A stretch of 64,000 bases of DNA, taken from NCBI GenBank assembly GCA_002869205.1, contig PKTJ01000066.1, positions 187 to 64,186 of the forward strand, in the 5' to 3' direction. This DNA comes from Candidatus Parcubacteria bacterium (GTDB lineage: Bacteria > Patescibacteriota > Patescibacteriia > Magasanikbacterales > UBA922). The notes beneath the pieces are model-generated. The model searched no databases, was not told the DNA's origin, and saw nothing but the letters and a program-made list of their open reading frames with translations. This document shows, in pieces, positions 22,300 through 31,300 of this stretch. The first letter of the stretch is position 1, and each line of letters begins with the position of its first letter. The translations under genes were made by a program, and so were the position numbers.

Positions 22300-23250
22300 T
22301 TAGTAACTTTCGAACTCATTAATAGATTTTACACTTTCATTTTTATGGATTTTTGAAATAATTTCAGCAAATCGTTTGCTCACTGACACTATTTCCAAAT
22401 CTCGTAGGTTGTGATGGTCACTTGGAATTGTGTCAGTAGTAATGAATTTGGTGATAGGGGAGTTGTTTAGTTTTTCACTTGCGCCTACACCCAAATTCGC
22501 GTGTATGAAACATGCATCTACACTCACTGCTCCTGCAGAATTGAGGAGAAATTCAGCATCTTCAATCAATGTTCCACCACTAAGTGTTTCGTCATCAATG
22601 ATAAGACATTTTTTATTTTGTACATCACCAATAACACCTTTGATTTTTACTTTTTCATCATTACCAATTCTACGTTTATCCATCATAGCAACAGGTAAGT
22701 CGAGACTGTCGGCATACGATTCCATCATTTTTGCTGCGCCGCTGTCTCCAGCTACGAGAACATAATTAGATAAATCCCAATTCTGTTTTAGGTGTTTGAT
22801 AATATCTGGTGCCGCAATGAGATGATCACACGGTACGCCGAAGAAGCCATGGAGTTGTGCCGAGTGCATCTCCATGATGAGGACACGGTTTGCACCAGCT
22901 GTCTGTAGCATGTCGGCTATGAGTTTGGCAGTAATACAAATTCGTGGTTGATCTTTTTTGTCTGATCGTGCATATGAAAAGTAGGGGAGAACTGCGGTAA
23001 TTCTTTTTGCAGAAGCATCTCTGAGTGTTCTGATATACATGAGAAGTTCCATGATATGGATGTGTACCGGTGTTGTGTGAGTTTGTATAACAAACACATC
23101 ATCTCCTCGCACAGCCTCATCAACAGTCACAAATTTATCTCCATTACTAAATGTTATAGAAGATGTTTGTGTCTCTTCTATATCCAAGTGTTCACAGATT
23201 TTCTTTACAAATCCTTTGTGGCTGCTACCACCAATAATTTTGAGGGACAT
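22300..23250 (-). CDS. prs: Ribose-phosphate pyrophosphokinase
   Basis: FSNGD, YARSDKK, DKRR, IDDETLSGGT, TDTIP. Confidence 0.92.
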   Translation of the reverse strand: MSLKIIGGSSHKGFVKKICEHLDIEETQTSSITFSNGDKFVTVDEAVRGDDVFVIQTHTTPVHIHIMELLMYIRTLRDASAKRITAVLPYFSYARSDKKDQPRICITAKLIADMLQTAGANRVLIMEMHSAQLHGFFGVPCDHLIAAPDIIKHLKQNWDLSNYVLVAGDSGAAKMMESYADSLDLPVAMMDKRRIGNDEKVKIKGVIGDVQNKKCLIIDDETLSGGTLIEDAEFLLNSAGAVSVDACFIHANLGVGASEKLNNSPITKFITTDTIPSDHHNLRDLEIVSVSKRFAEIISKIHKNESVKSINEFESY

Positions 23251-23253
23251 ATG

Positions 23254-24453
23254 CTATATATGTGTTAGTTTCATTTTTATAGATCTCATGAAGAGTGTTT
23301 GTATCAGTATACCGCATGCCATGATACCAAGTACAGTCTGTAGATGAGTGCTCGATAAACTCGGTACGAAAAACAGGAGGCTGTAGCTTGCGATTCTACT
23401 CATAATTACGTATACCCATTCTCGAATGACAATATATTCCACACGATGATTTTTGTAATTTGGTAACGTGTGAAGGAGATTGTCTCGGTATGTTTTGGCT
23501 GGGATTTCCATCATTGGTAGGAAGAATTGTCGTGCAAAACCGTAGAGGATATACGTCGCAAACAGAGGGGCGCCAACAACCGACATACTTGCAAGAAAGA
23601 ATATTGATCCACCAAATGTAAGCAAGCTTCTGTAATGTTTGTAATCTATTTTTTTGCCAATGAGCCAGACACTTACAATAGCAAGTATTGAAAACACAGA
23701 AAACCATGTGCCTAATTCTAACTCACTGTTTAATACATCAAAAATAAATATAGGAAGTAGACGTTCAAACGCTCCCTTGAACGCAAGGTTGCCAAAAAAC
23801 CGAGAAGCAAGAAGCTTCGTAATATCTTTGTGGGACCATAGAGCCTTGATAGTTTTTTTGTAATGAAGCGGTGTATTGGTATATTTTTCAATTTTTACAT
23901 TTCCAATGATAGCTGAGAGTACATAGGAGATTGTACCGATGATAAAAATATTTCCATAGCCTAGATTGAATATATTGAGACCGATGGCTGCACCTCCAAC
24001 AATTGGTGCAATAAGATTCACAAAGTTTCGTGTTGCCTCTATCATCCCATTATAATTGCCTCTGTTTTGTTTGTTTGTGGTGGCGAATTGTATGAATAGA
24101 TAACTGAGCCAATACATACCATTGAAAAAACCAAGTGCAAGTCCTGTGATGATAAGGTGGCTTGGTATGTATTCTTTGAATACAAATAGCACAATATAGA
24201 GAATAGATGATCCCACAAGACTCAAAAGACGTGGAATGTGGGGGCGTCCTCTATTTACTATACCTGCAAGCGAGGTGAATGATATTCCGTGTCCAATGAT
24301 TAACGCAATTGAATATGTGGCGATAGCTTGCAGGGAGTTAGTCTGTGTCCACACAAAAACCGCAAAAAATATATTAAATACGGTTCTCCCAAACATGGTT
24401 AAATTGTGTGAAATAATGAGACGTTTTATTTCCTGTGTGTTTATGCGATTCAT
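23254..24453 (-). CDS. MFS transporter
   Basis: About 12 hydrophobic segments; NRGNYNG and IAPIVGG patterns. Confidence 0.8.
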   Translation of the reverse strand: MNRINTQEIKRLIISHNLTMFGRTVFNIFFAVFVWTQTNSLQAIATYSIALIIGHGISFTSLAGIVNRGRPHIPRLLSLVGSSILYIVLFVFKEYIPSHLIITGLALGFFNGMYWLSYLFIQFATTNKQNRGNYNGMIEATRNFVNLIAPIVGGAAIGLNIFNLGYGNIFIIGTISYVLSAIIGNVKIEKYTNTPLHYKKTIKALWSHKDITKLLASRFFGNLAFKGAFERLLPIFIFDVLNSELELGTWFSVFSILAIVSVWLIGKKIDYKHYRSLLTFGGSIFFLASMSVVGAPLFATYILYGFARQFFLPMMEIPAKTYRDNLLHTLPNYKNHRVEYIVIREWVYVIMSRIASYSLLFFVPSLSSTHLQTVLGIMACGILIQTLFMRSIKMKLTHI

Positions 24454-24502
24454 GCGTTACTTGCTTTGAGTTAAAAATATAAATACTTAGATCATTACCA
24501 TA

Positions 24503-24549
24503 CACCCCTCCCTAACCCTCCCCTAATAGGGGAGGGAATGGGTGGGGTT
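24503..24549. repeat. Palindromic miniature repeat family A, copy 2
   Basis: CACCCCTCCCTAACCCTCCCCTAATAGGGGAGGGAATGGGTGGGGTT. Confidence 0.85.
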
Positions 24550-24582
24550 TAGCACAAAATAAATAAACAAACATCCTCATCA

Positions 24583-25611
24583 TCATCTAAAATTATTATA
24601 AATTTTCCAACTTGGGTCTGCCTGAATTTTGTTCCAAGCAGTAAATTTTTTATTTTTTGCATGATTGTATGCAGCTACAGCAATCATTGTAGCGTTATCC
24701 ATACAATAGGGTAGAAGAGGAAAAGTAAAAGTAGGCTGTGGTGAAACTTTTTTAATTTCTTTTTCTAATGTGTTTCTGAGTTTTTTGTTTGCTGATACAC
24801 CGCCAGCTAGAATAATAGTTTTTGGATTATATTTTTTTGTGGCTTTGAGTGTTTTTGAAACCAATAAGTCGACAATTGCTTGCTCAAAGCTTGCGCAAAA
24901 ATCATTTTTATCGGTATTAGGATGATCTCGTAAATGATAGAGCGCCGCAGTCTTTAATCCTGAAAAACTCATATCAAAATCTTTTGAATGTATCATGGGG
25001 CGAGGAAAGTCTATTGCTTTTGGATTTCCGGCTTCGGCAAACTTGGAAATCTTTGGTCCACCAGGATAATCGAACTCCAAGAGTTTGGCAACTTTGTCAA
25101 AACATTCTCCTGCAGCGTCGTCTCGTGTGCCACCAACTTTTTTATAGCGTCCTTGTTCTTTGCTTAATATAATTTCTGTATGTCCACCAGACACAACTAA
25201 AGATAATACTGGAAAATTTATATTTCTTTTTCTTCCCTCTTTTTCATTTTCTATTAATACAGAATGTATATGACCTTCGATATGGTTCATGCCAACTATA
25301 GGTATGTCCCATAGATACGAAAGTGTTTTTGCTGTTTCTACGCCCACGATGAGCCCGGTGATGAGCCCGGGTCCCGAAGTAACTGCAATAATATCAGGCT
25401 TTTCAAAATCTTTCATAATTTCTTCTACAACGGGCGTTATTTGTTCTGCATGTTTTCGTCCGGCAATCTCTGGCACGACACCACCATACTTTTTGTGTAT
25501 TTCAATTTGACTTGCAGTTTTTTCTGCAAGTATGTTTATTTTATTGCCTGTTATATCAATCAGCGCGACTGATGTGTCATCACACGATGATTCTATGCCG
25601 AGTATTTTCAC
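24583..25611 (-). CDS. tsaD: tRNA N6-adenosine threonylcarbamoyltransferase TsaD
   Basis: GIESSCDDT, GGVVPE, NHIEGH, SGGHT, DDAAGE, GGVSAN; GTG start. Confidence 0.96.
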   Translation of the reverse strand: MKILGIESSCDDTSVALIDITGNKINILAEKTASQIEIHKKYGGVVPEIAGRKHAEQITPVVEEIMKDFEKPDIIAVTSGPGLITGLIVGVETAKTLSYLWDIPIVGMNHIEGHIHSVLIENEKEGRKRNINFPVLSLVVSGGHTEIILSKEQGRYKKVGGTRDDAAGECFDKVAKLLEFDYPGGPKISKFAEAGNPKAIDFPRPMIHSKDFDMSFSGLKTAALYHLRDHPNTDKNDFCASFEQAIVDLLVSKTLKATKKYNPKTIILAGGVSANKKLRNTLEKEIKKVSPQPTFTFPLLPYCMDNATMIAVAAYNHAKNKKFTAWNKIQADPSWKIYNNFR

Positions 25612-25614
25612 AAA

Positions 25615-25899
25615 TTATATTTTAATAGCATTTTTGAGTAATAATTTTATGTCTTTTGCGCTAATACCAAATTGATCCTGTATTTTTTCGATTGATTCTA
25701 TTAAAAAATGAATATTTTGTATACCAAACTCACCGTCTCTTAATTTCATTTTTTCATTTACCCAACTCTCTATCGTGTCATGGTCACTGACCATACATTC
25801 AACAAGTATTTTGTACTCTTGAGGACGCAATGATTGTATAAATTGTGACAAAGCCTCTTTTATTCCCTCCAACCTCTCTCTTTCTCTGTCGTGATTCAT
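25615..25899 (-). CDS. Hypothetical protein
   Basis: 94 aa ORF ending 3 nt before the tsaD start. Confidence 0.55.
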   Translation of the reverse strand: MNHDRERERLEGIKEALSQFIQSLRPQEYKILVECMVSDHDTIESWVNEKMKLRDGEFGIQNIHFLIESIEKIQDQFGISAKDIKLLLKNAIKI

Positions 25900-25964
25900 A
25901 TAAGTGTATTATGTGAAATATGATTTTATTTTAGCAAAGAAATAGCAATTTGAACACCTTTAAA

Positions 25965-26204
25965 TTATGTAACCAAGAAGTGTGTTCCTACACTTTCTTT
26001 TCTATCTAGAGCCGACTGAGTAATCAATTTTGCTACAGTATGTAAGTTTTTAAGTTCAAGAATTTCTTTGTTTATACCATCGTTTAATATCTCTTTAAGT
26101 TCTATATTGTATTTATTTAATTCTTCAAGTGTTTTTTTCATATTTTCTTCTTTTCGAATAATGCCAACATTATTCCACATCAATTTTTGAATTGATGATT
26201 TCAT
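25965..26204 (-). CDS. nadB: C-terminal fragment of L-aspartate oxidase
   Basis: LMWNNVGIIR and ALDRKESVGTH motifs; same frame as 26247-27485. Confidence 0.8.
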   Translation of the reverse strand: MKSSIQKLMWNNVGIIRKEENMKKTLEELNKYNIELKEILNDGINKEILELKNLHTVAKLITQSALDRKESVGTHFLVT

Positions 26205-26231
26205 TTTTTTAATTTTTGGATCATTATTTTT

Positions 26232-26270
26232 TCCAACTTTCCAACTTTACAACTTTCCAACTTTCCAACT
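26232..26270. repeat. Heptamer tandem repeat (AAGTTGG-like, about 5 units) containing the nadB stop
   Basis: Plus strand reads TCCAACTT-TCCAACT-TTACAAC-TTTCCAAC-TTTCCAACT. Confidence 0.85.
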
Positions 26271-27485
26271 TTTTTCTTTTTCAATATATGTTTTTGTTGC
26301 GTCAACTGCTCTCCCACTAAATACCATACACTCTAGCAAAGAGTTTGATGCGAGACGGTTTGCGCCGTGTACTCCTGTGTGTGCGACTTCGCCAAATGCG
26401 AAGAGTCCAGGAATGTTCGTCCGTCCATCGAGGTCTGTATGAATACCGCCGCATATAAAATGTGCAGCAGGGGATATAGGAATCAAATCTTTGTCCATTT
26501 TGATATCATGCCACCAGAGATTTTCATAGAGGTATGGGAAACGTTTTTTTATATAAGCACTTCCTTTGTGTCTAATATCTAAATATACGGTACCATGCTT
26601 CATTTCTTCCAAAATTGCTCGAGCAACTATATCGCGGGGCGCCAAATCTTTCAATTCATGATAGTTTTTCATGAATTGTTCGCCTTTGCTATTTACAAGA
26701 ACACCGCCTTCACCGCGAACTGTTTCTGATATAAGTAACGACGGCGCACCTTTTTTATTAAGAGCAGTTGGGTGAAACTGAATAAATTCCATATCTTTAA
26801 TTTCAGCACGTGCTTTGTATGCCATCGCGACACCATCACCTGTGGCGATTTTTGGATTTGAATTTCTTTCATATACTTGTCCTGCACCGCCGGTTGCAAG
26901 AATTGTTGCCTTTGCAGAGAAATTGAGAATCTTGTTATTATCAGTGTCCAGGACGAATGCACCTATGCATTGTCTTGGTGTTGAGACGCGATCAATCGCG
27001 TCTTTACTTTCGGCTAATTTAAATGCGACATGCGATTCAAATATGGTTATGCGCTTATGGTGGCGCACTTGGTGAATGAGGGCTCGCTCTATTTCTTTGC
27101 CAGTTGTATCGTGTGCATGAGCGATCCTGCGCTCAGAATGTCCACCTTCTTTGGATAGACATAGCTCGTCTTGTTTTTTGCTAAAGCCAACACCGACGTC
27201 GATGAGTCGCTTGATTTGATTTGGTGCTTCTTTGATCATTATCTCTACTGCTTCTTTATCATTCAGATGGCACCCAGCTTTCATAGTATCTTCGATATGT
27301 TTATCAAAACTATCCATCTTATCTAGTACCGCAGCAATACCACCTTGTGCATAGTTGCTGTTGCTTTCCATAAGCTCTTTTTTGGTCACAATAGCGACAG
27401 TTCCATACTCACTTGCTTGCAAGGCAAAATTCAGGCCTGCAATGCCGCTGCCTATTACTAAGAAGTCAAAACTGTTTTTAAACAT
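26247..27485 (-). CDS. nadB: L-aspartate oxidase FAD-binding part, ending at a premature in-frame TAA (split gene or pseudogene)
   Basis: GSGIAG, SNYAQGGIA, EGGHS, QFHPT, LAPRDIVAR, HGANRLASNSLLE. Confidence 0.9.
   Translation of the reverse strand: MFKNSFDFLVIGSGIAGLNFALQASEYGTVAIVTKKELMESNSNYAQGGIAAVLDKMDSFDKHIEDTMKAGCHLNDKEAVEIMIKEAPNQIKRLIDVGVGFSKKQDELCLSKEGGHSERRIAHAHDTTGKEIERALIHQVRHHKRITIFESHVAFKLAESKDAIDRVSTPRQCIGAFVLDTDNNKILNFSAKATILATGGAGQVYERNSNPKIATGDGVAMAYKARAEIKDMEFIQFHPTALNKKGAPSLLISETVRGEGGVLVNSKGEQFMKNYHELKDLAPRDIVARAILEEMKHGTVYLDIRHKGSAYIKKRFPYLYENLWWHDIKMDKDLIPISPAAHFICGGIHTDLDGRTNIPGLFAFGEVAHTGVHGANRLASNSLLECMVFSGRAVDATKTYIEKEKSWKVGKL
26980..27007. repeat. REP-like palindrome inside nadB
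   Basis: GTTGAGACGCGAT-ca-ATCGCGTCTTTAC, encoding the insertion KDAIDRVST. Confidence 0.7.
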
Positions 27486-27493
27486 ATAATATG

Positions 27494-27550
27494 CTGATTT
27501 CCAGATAACCCAGATTTACGGATATCTGAATTATCTGGAAATCCGAATCT
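27494..27550. repeat. Repeat family B (GGATTTCCAGATAATCCAGATTTACGGAT-type), copy 1
   Basis: 27524-27550 is the exact reverse complement of 46035-46061; related copies at 31831, 37898 and 52021. Confidence 0.85.
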
Positions 27551-27558
27551 TAAAATGA

Positions 27559-28422
27559 TTAAAGAATGTCTAAGCTTATATCCAAAGACTTAACCGAGTG
27601 GGTGAGACTTCCAAGAGAAATTACGTTTACACCACTCTTTGCATAAGAAATAATATTTTTTTCTGTAATACCACCGGATGCTTCAAAAATAATATTTGTT
27701 TTTCCAATTTGTTTTATTATTTTTTTAATATCTTGTGGTTTGAAATTGTCGAACATTATTGCGTCTGGTTTTTGTTTTACAAAGTCTAATATTTGTTTTT
27801 TTGTTTTGCATTCTACTTCTGTGAAGTAACTAGTTACTGGTAACTTGTTACTAGTTACTAATTTGAGATGGTTATCTTTTATCAAAATCCAATCATATAG
27901 ACCAAGTCGGTGGGTGCCTCCGCCGCCGAGTGTCACTGCTTTTTTGTCTACCAATCCCCATTGTGTCTTGCGTGTTGGTACCACAAGTACATGTTTTCCA
28001 ACTTTTTTTACAAGTTTATCAGTTTGCGTTGCAATACCAGACATGCGTTGCATCAAGTTTAGAATCGTGCGTTCAATCTTTAAAATATCTTTTATGCCTC
28101 CTGTTAGTTTTAAAATCTTATCTCCTTTTTTTACTCTCGCTCCGTCTCGCTTGTATCTTGTAATTTGTATCTTGTATCTTTTTAAGAACCATTTTGTTTC
28201 TTCAAGACCAGCGAGTGTGCCAGATTCTTTTGCTTTTAGTATAGCAGTAACTTTTGGATTTCCTTTTATTGTTGCGTCGCTTGTGACGTCACCTTGGCTA
28301 TCCAAATCCTCAATCAAAAAATCCTCAGTTAATCTTTTTACCTGCCTCAAGTACTTACGATTTTTCAAGGTAAGTTTTTCTCTTTGGTTATAATATTTTT
28401 TGATTTTTTGTTGCTTGGTCAT
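27559..28422 (-). CDS. nadC: Nicotinate-nucleotide diphosphorylase (carboxylating)
   Basis: GDVTS, ERTILN, SGIAT, TRKT, HRLGL, LIKDNH, EASGGI. Confidence 0.94.
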   Translation of the reverse strand: MTKQQKIKKYYNQREKLTLKNRKYLRQVKRLTEDFLIEDLDSQGDVTSDATIKGNPKVTAILKAKESGTLAGLEETKWFLKRYKIQITRYKRDGARVKKGDKILKLTGGIKDILKIERTILNLMQRMSGIATQTDKLVKKVGKHVLVVPTRKTQWGLVDKKAVTLGGGGTHRLGLYDWILIKDNHLKLVTSNKLPVTSYFTEVECKTKKQILDFVKQKPDAIMFDNFKPQDIKKIIKQIGKTNIIFEASGGITEKNIISYAKSGVNVISLGSLTHSVKSLDISLDIL

Positions 28423-28482
28423 ATTGACTATAAAAATTTATTGTGATATGTTTTATAAGTTACACAACGGAAGGAGAGCCCT

Positions 28483-28701
28483 ATGACGTCAAAGGATGTG
28501 GTTGTCACCATCACGATCGGAGATGCAGAAGGTGATCAAGGTATCAAGGTGTCCGGAGATGTTCACCTGACTCACAACGTCGCGAACAGGGCGCTGAATC
28601 TGTTCGCCAGCACGATGCTTCATGCGCTCGGAGAGAGTAGCATGCTCGCGCGTAACTTCTGGAGTGCGATCTCGAATCTCGCATCAACGGTCCGTAAGTA
28701 G
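28483..28701 (+). CDS. GC-rich small hypothetical protein inserted antisense within the NAD cluster
   Basis: TTGACT-N17-TATGTT promoter-like sequence, AAGGAG SD, 72 aa ORF, downstream hairpin and terminator. Confidence 0.65.
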   Translation: MTSKDVVVTITIGDAEGDQGIKVSGDVHLTHNVANRALNLFASTMLHALGESSMLARNFWSAISNLASTVRK

Positions 28702-28830
28702 GACTAGTGAGGTTCGGTGACCATGGAGGAAAGGACATGCCCATGGAAGTACAGTATATATGAATTTCGTTTATACTGTTCTATCATGGGTAAATAATTT
28801 TGAAAAGGACTGTAGAGATACGGTTCTTTT

Positions 28831-30180
28831 TTATTTACTTAATTCCATCATTTTATCTAAACTTATTTTTGCTTTTTGTAATACTTCTTTACCAAGATTA
28901 ATAATTTGATCTTTACGTGGATTCTTAAGTGCAGTGAGAATATCTTCTAACTTTATTTTTTTCATATACGGACAGAGCTGGCAGCTACCAACAATGTGTT
29001 TATTCGGGAATTCTGTTTGTACCCTGTCGGTAATACCGCATTCAGTAATTAGCATGTAGTGCTCAGAAGGGTTGTCTTTTACATAGTTCAACATATCACT
29101 CGTGCTACCAACTAGATCAACCGAGTCAATGACAGAGGGGGTGCATTCATAATGTGCTAATATTTTTGTATGAGGAAATTGAGCTCTAATTTTTTTTACT
29201 GCGCGTTTATCAAATTGTTCATGCACTATGCATACACCATCCCATAAAATTAACTTTTTTTTCGTCAATTTTTGTAAGTTATGCCCCATAAGCATGTCGG
29301 GAATAAAAATAATTTCATCGTTTGGAAGACTTTCGATAATTTTGAGTGCATTTGAACTGGTGACACATATATCACTTTGAGCTTTTACTTCCGCACTCGT
29401 GTTTACATATGTCAAAATAGGAACTCCTGGATGTTTTTCTTTTAGATTTTGTACATCTTTGGCAGTGATTGAGTCAGCGAGTGAACATCCTGCAACTGCA
29501 GGAATAAGGACTTCTTTTTCTGGACTCAAGATTTTTGCAGTCTCACCCATGAAGTGTACTGAGCAAAAAATAATTTTCTTTGCGCTGTGTTCTGCCGCAA
29601 TTTTACTAAGCCCATATGAATCTCCAAGGAAGTCTGCTACACCATACATAATGTCTGTTGTTTGGTAAGAGTGGGCGAGTATGATGGCATCTTGTTCACG
29701 CTTTAATTTATTTATTTCAAGTGTTGTTGGTGCAATGCTTAGACAGTAGCCAAATGTCCTTTTTGTTTTTTTTAATTTTTCAAATAGACGTGCAGCTTCT
29801 TCACGTATCTCGGTTGCGCTGATGTTAATATTTTTTTTAATCATTTTTACGTTGTAATTTTTTTCTTCAAATAATTTTTTTACTACATCATTTCCTGTAT
29901 ATACTGTGTCAAATTCTCCAACAGTATTTTTGACATGATTAACCCATTCATTTTCGTTATGAATATCAGGAATGGCGATGATTTGATAATTTAAATTTAA
30001 TCCATCTAGATTAGATTCTATGTTTTTTTTACGCTCCTCAAAACTTTGTGGATTGTCATCGGTTTCACTATATTGTGAGCTACCAACACCAATAATAATC
30101 TCACTTTCTGAGATTTGTTTAATGGCATCTAAATGCCCATCATGAAATGGCTGGAATCGTCCGATGAATAGTGCTTTCAT
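28831..30180 (-). CDS. nadA: Fused NadM-type NMN/NaMN adenylyltransferase and quinolinate synthase NadA
   Basis: N-terminus GRFQPFHDGH...ISATEIR; C-terminus ILAHSYQ, HFMGETAK and three Fe-S Cys motifs (GCSLAD, CIVHEQF, CPYMK). Confidence 0.9.
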   Translation of the reverse strand: MKALFIGRFQPFHDGHLDAIKQISESEIIIGVGSSQYSETDDNPQSFEERKKNIESNLDGLNLNYQIIAIPDIHNENEWVNHVKNTVGEFDTVYTGNDVVKKLFEEKNYNVKMIKKNINISATEIREEAARLFEKLKKTKRTFGYCLSIAPTTLEINKLKREQDAIILAHSYQTTDIMYGVADFLGDSYGLSKIAAEHSAKKIIFCSVHFMGETAKILSPEKEVLIPAVAGCSLADSITAKDVQNLKEKHPGVPILTYVNTSAEVKAQSDICVTSSNALKIIESLPNDEIIFIPDMLMGHNLQKLTKKKLILWDGVCIVHEQFDKRAVKKIRAQFPHTKILAHYECTPSVIDSVDLVGSTSDMLNYVKDNPSEHYMLITECGITDRVQTEFPNKHIVGSCQLCPYMKKIKLEDILTALKNPRKDQIINLGKEVLQKAKISLDKMMELSK

Positions 30181-30214
30181 GGCAGAGTTAGAAAGTTTAT
30201 AAAGTGAAAAAGTT

Positions 30215-30949
30215 TTAAAGTTTACAGATAGGAGGTATTTTGTTTTTGTGAGTGGCTTTGTTCATCAACTTTCTTACTTTTTCTACATCATTTGTTTCAA
30301 ATTTATCTAGACTTTTATTTTGTTCAAGTGACGTCAAAATTTTATCGAGTGTTTCATATGTCATTCCAATCTCATCTTCATCAGTTTGCCCATCCCATAG
30401 TCCAGCCGTTGGTGGGCGATCGATTATTTCCTGCGGTACACCTATGTATTTTGCAAGCTCTCGTTCTTCGGTCTTGTATAAGTCACCAATGGGAAGGAGG
30501 TCTGCGCCGCCGTCACCATGTTTTGTAAAGTATCCAATTGAGAGTTCAGTCCTGTTTCCTGTACCGAGCACGAGTCCGTCTAGTTCGTTTGCTTTTCCAT
30601 ACAGAAGTGACATGCGAATGCGTGCTTTCAGATTTCCCAAAGATTGTTTTGAGGTATAAAGGTTATCTGTAGATTTTTGGAAGCTTTCAATAATAGTATC
30701 AATATTGAATATTGAATATTTAATATCTAGATTTTCACATATATTTTTTGCATATTCCAAATCTTGATCAGTATTTGTTTCAGAAGGGGATATGATTGTA
30801 TGAATTTTATTGCTCCCGAGTGCTTCTGCTGCTAAATATGCAACGACAGAAGAGTCTAATCCGCCACTTAATCCCAAGACGGCAGGCTTGTCTTCACAGT
30901 ACTTTTGCAAGAAGGAAATAATCGATTTTTTGGAGTGTTCTGAGTTCAT
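30215..30949 (-). CDS. nadE: NH3-dependent NAD+ synthetase
   Basis: GLSGGLDS, GNLKARIRM, GYFTKHGDG, PPTAGLWDGQTDE; start placed at MNSEH. Confidence 0.94.
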   Translation of the reverse strand: MNSEHSKKSIISFLQKYCEDKPAVLGLSGGLDSSVVAYLAAEALGSNKIHTIISPSETNTDQDLEYAKNICENLDIKYSIFNIDTIIESFQKSTDNLYTSKQSLGNLKARIRMSLLYGKANELDGLVLGTGNRTELSIGYFTKHGDGGADLLPIGDLYKTEERELAKYIGVPQEIIDRPPTAGLWDGQTDEDEIGMTYETLDKILTSLEQNKSLDKFETNDVEKVRKLMNKATHKNKIPPICKL

Positions 30950-31048
30950 GTGATAGGTATTATGATCGACAGGTATTCTAGCACAAGGATCCACAGTTGT
31001 CATTATTGACAAACTTGCCTGATTTATGTATAATTTTCTCGTCCTTAA

Positions 31049-31120
31049 GGCCCCATCGTCTAGTGGTTAGGACATCTGGTTTTCATCCAGAAAACAGGGG
31101 TTCGATTCCCCTTGGGGCTA
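31049..31120 (+). tRNA. tRNA-Glu(TTC)
   Basis: GGCCCCA/TGGGGCT acceptor stem, TCTGG-ttTTCat-CCAGA anticodon arm, GGTTCGATTCC T arm. Confidence 0.95.
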
Positions 31121-31171
31121 CGAATTATCGTACTATTGACATATATGTGTTTATATAGTACTATATTCACA

Positions 31172-31270
31172 TCCATAGACAGCAGGTGCCATAAGGCTTA
31201 ATTTCCTGCCGAGGTAACTCTTAGCTAATTTTAGCTAAAATAAGGTCGAAGAGTACCGAAAAGTCTGTGG
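31172..31270 (+). promoter_or_regulatory. Ribosomal protein L10 leader
   Basis: AGACAGCAGG...TTAA...CCTGCCGAGG motif upstream of rplJ, after a TTGACA-N17-TACTAT promoter. Confidence 0.8.
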
Positions 31271-31300
31271 TTAAAAACCACAGTTTTATTTTTTCAAGTT

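Noticed and set aside
26247-26249. Programmed stop-codon recoding in nadB, or an alternative genetic code
   Set aside because: The stop is TAA, the usual stop of neighbouring genes, and TGA also terminates genes here, consistent with code 11.
30950-31048. NAD-sensing riboswitch ahead of the nad cluster
   Set aside because: The short spacer is shared with the tRNA-Glu promoter and shows no recognisable structure.
31049-31120. tRNA as an integration site for an island carrying the nad genes
   Set aside because: No duplicated tRNA 3' end or integrase was found, and the nad genes lie upstream with host-like composition.
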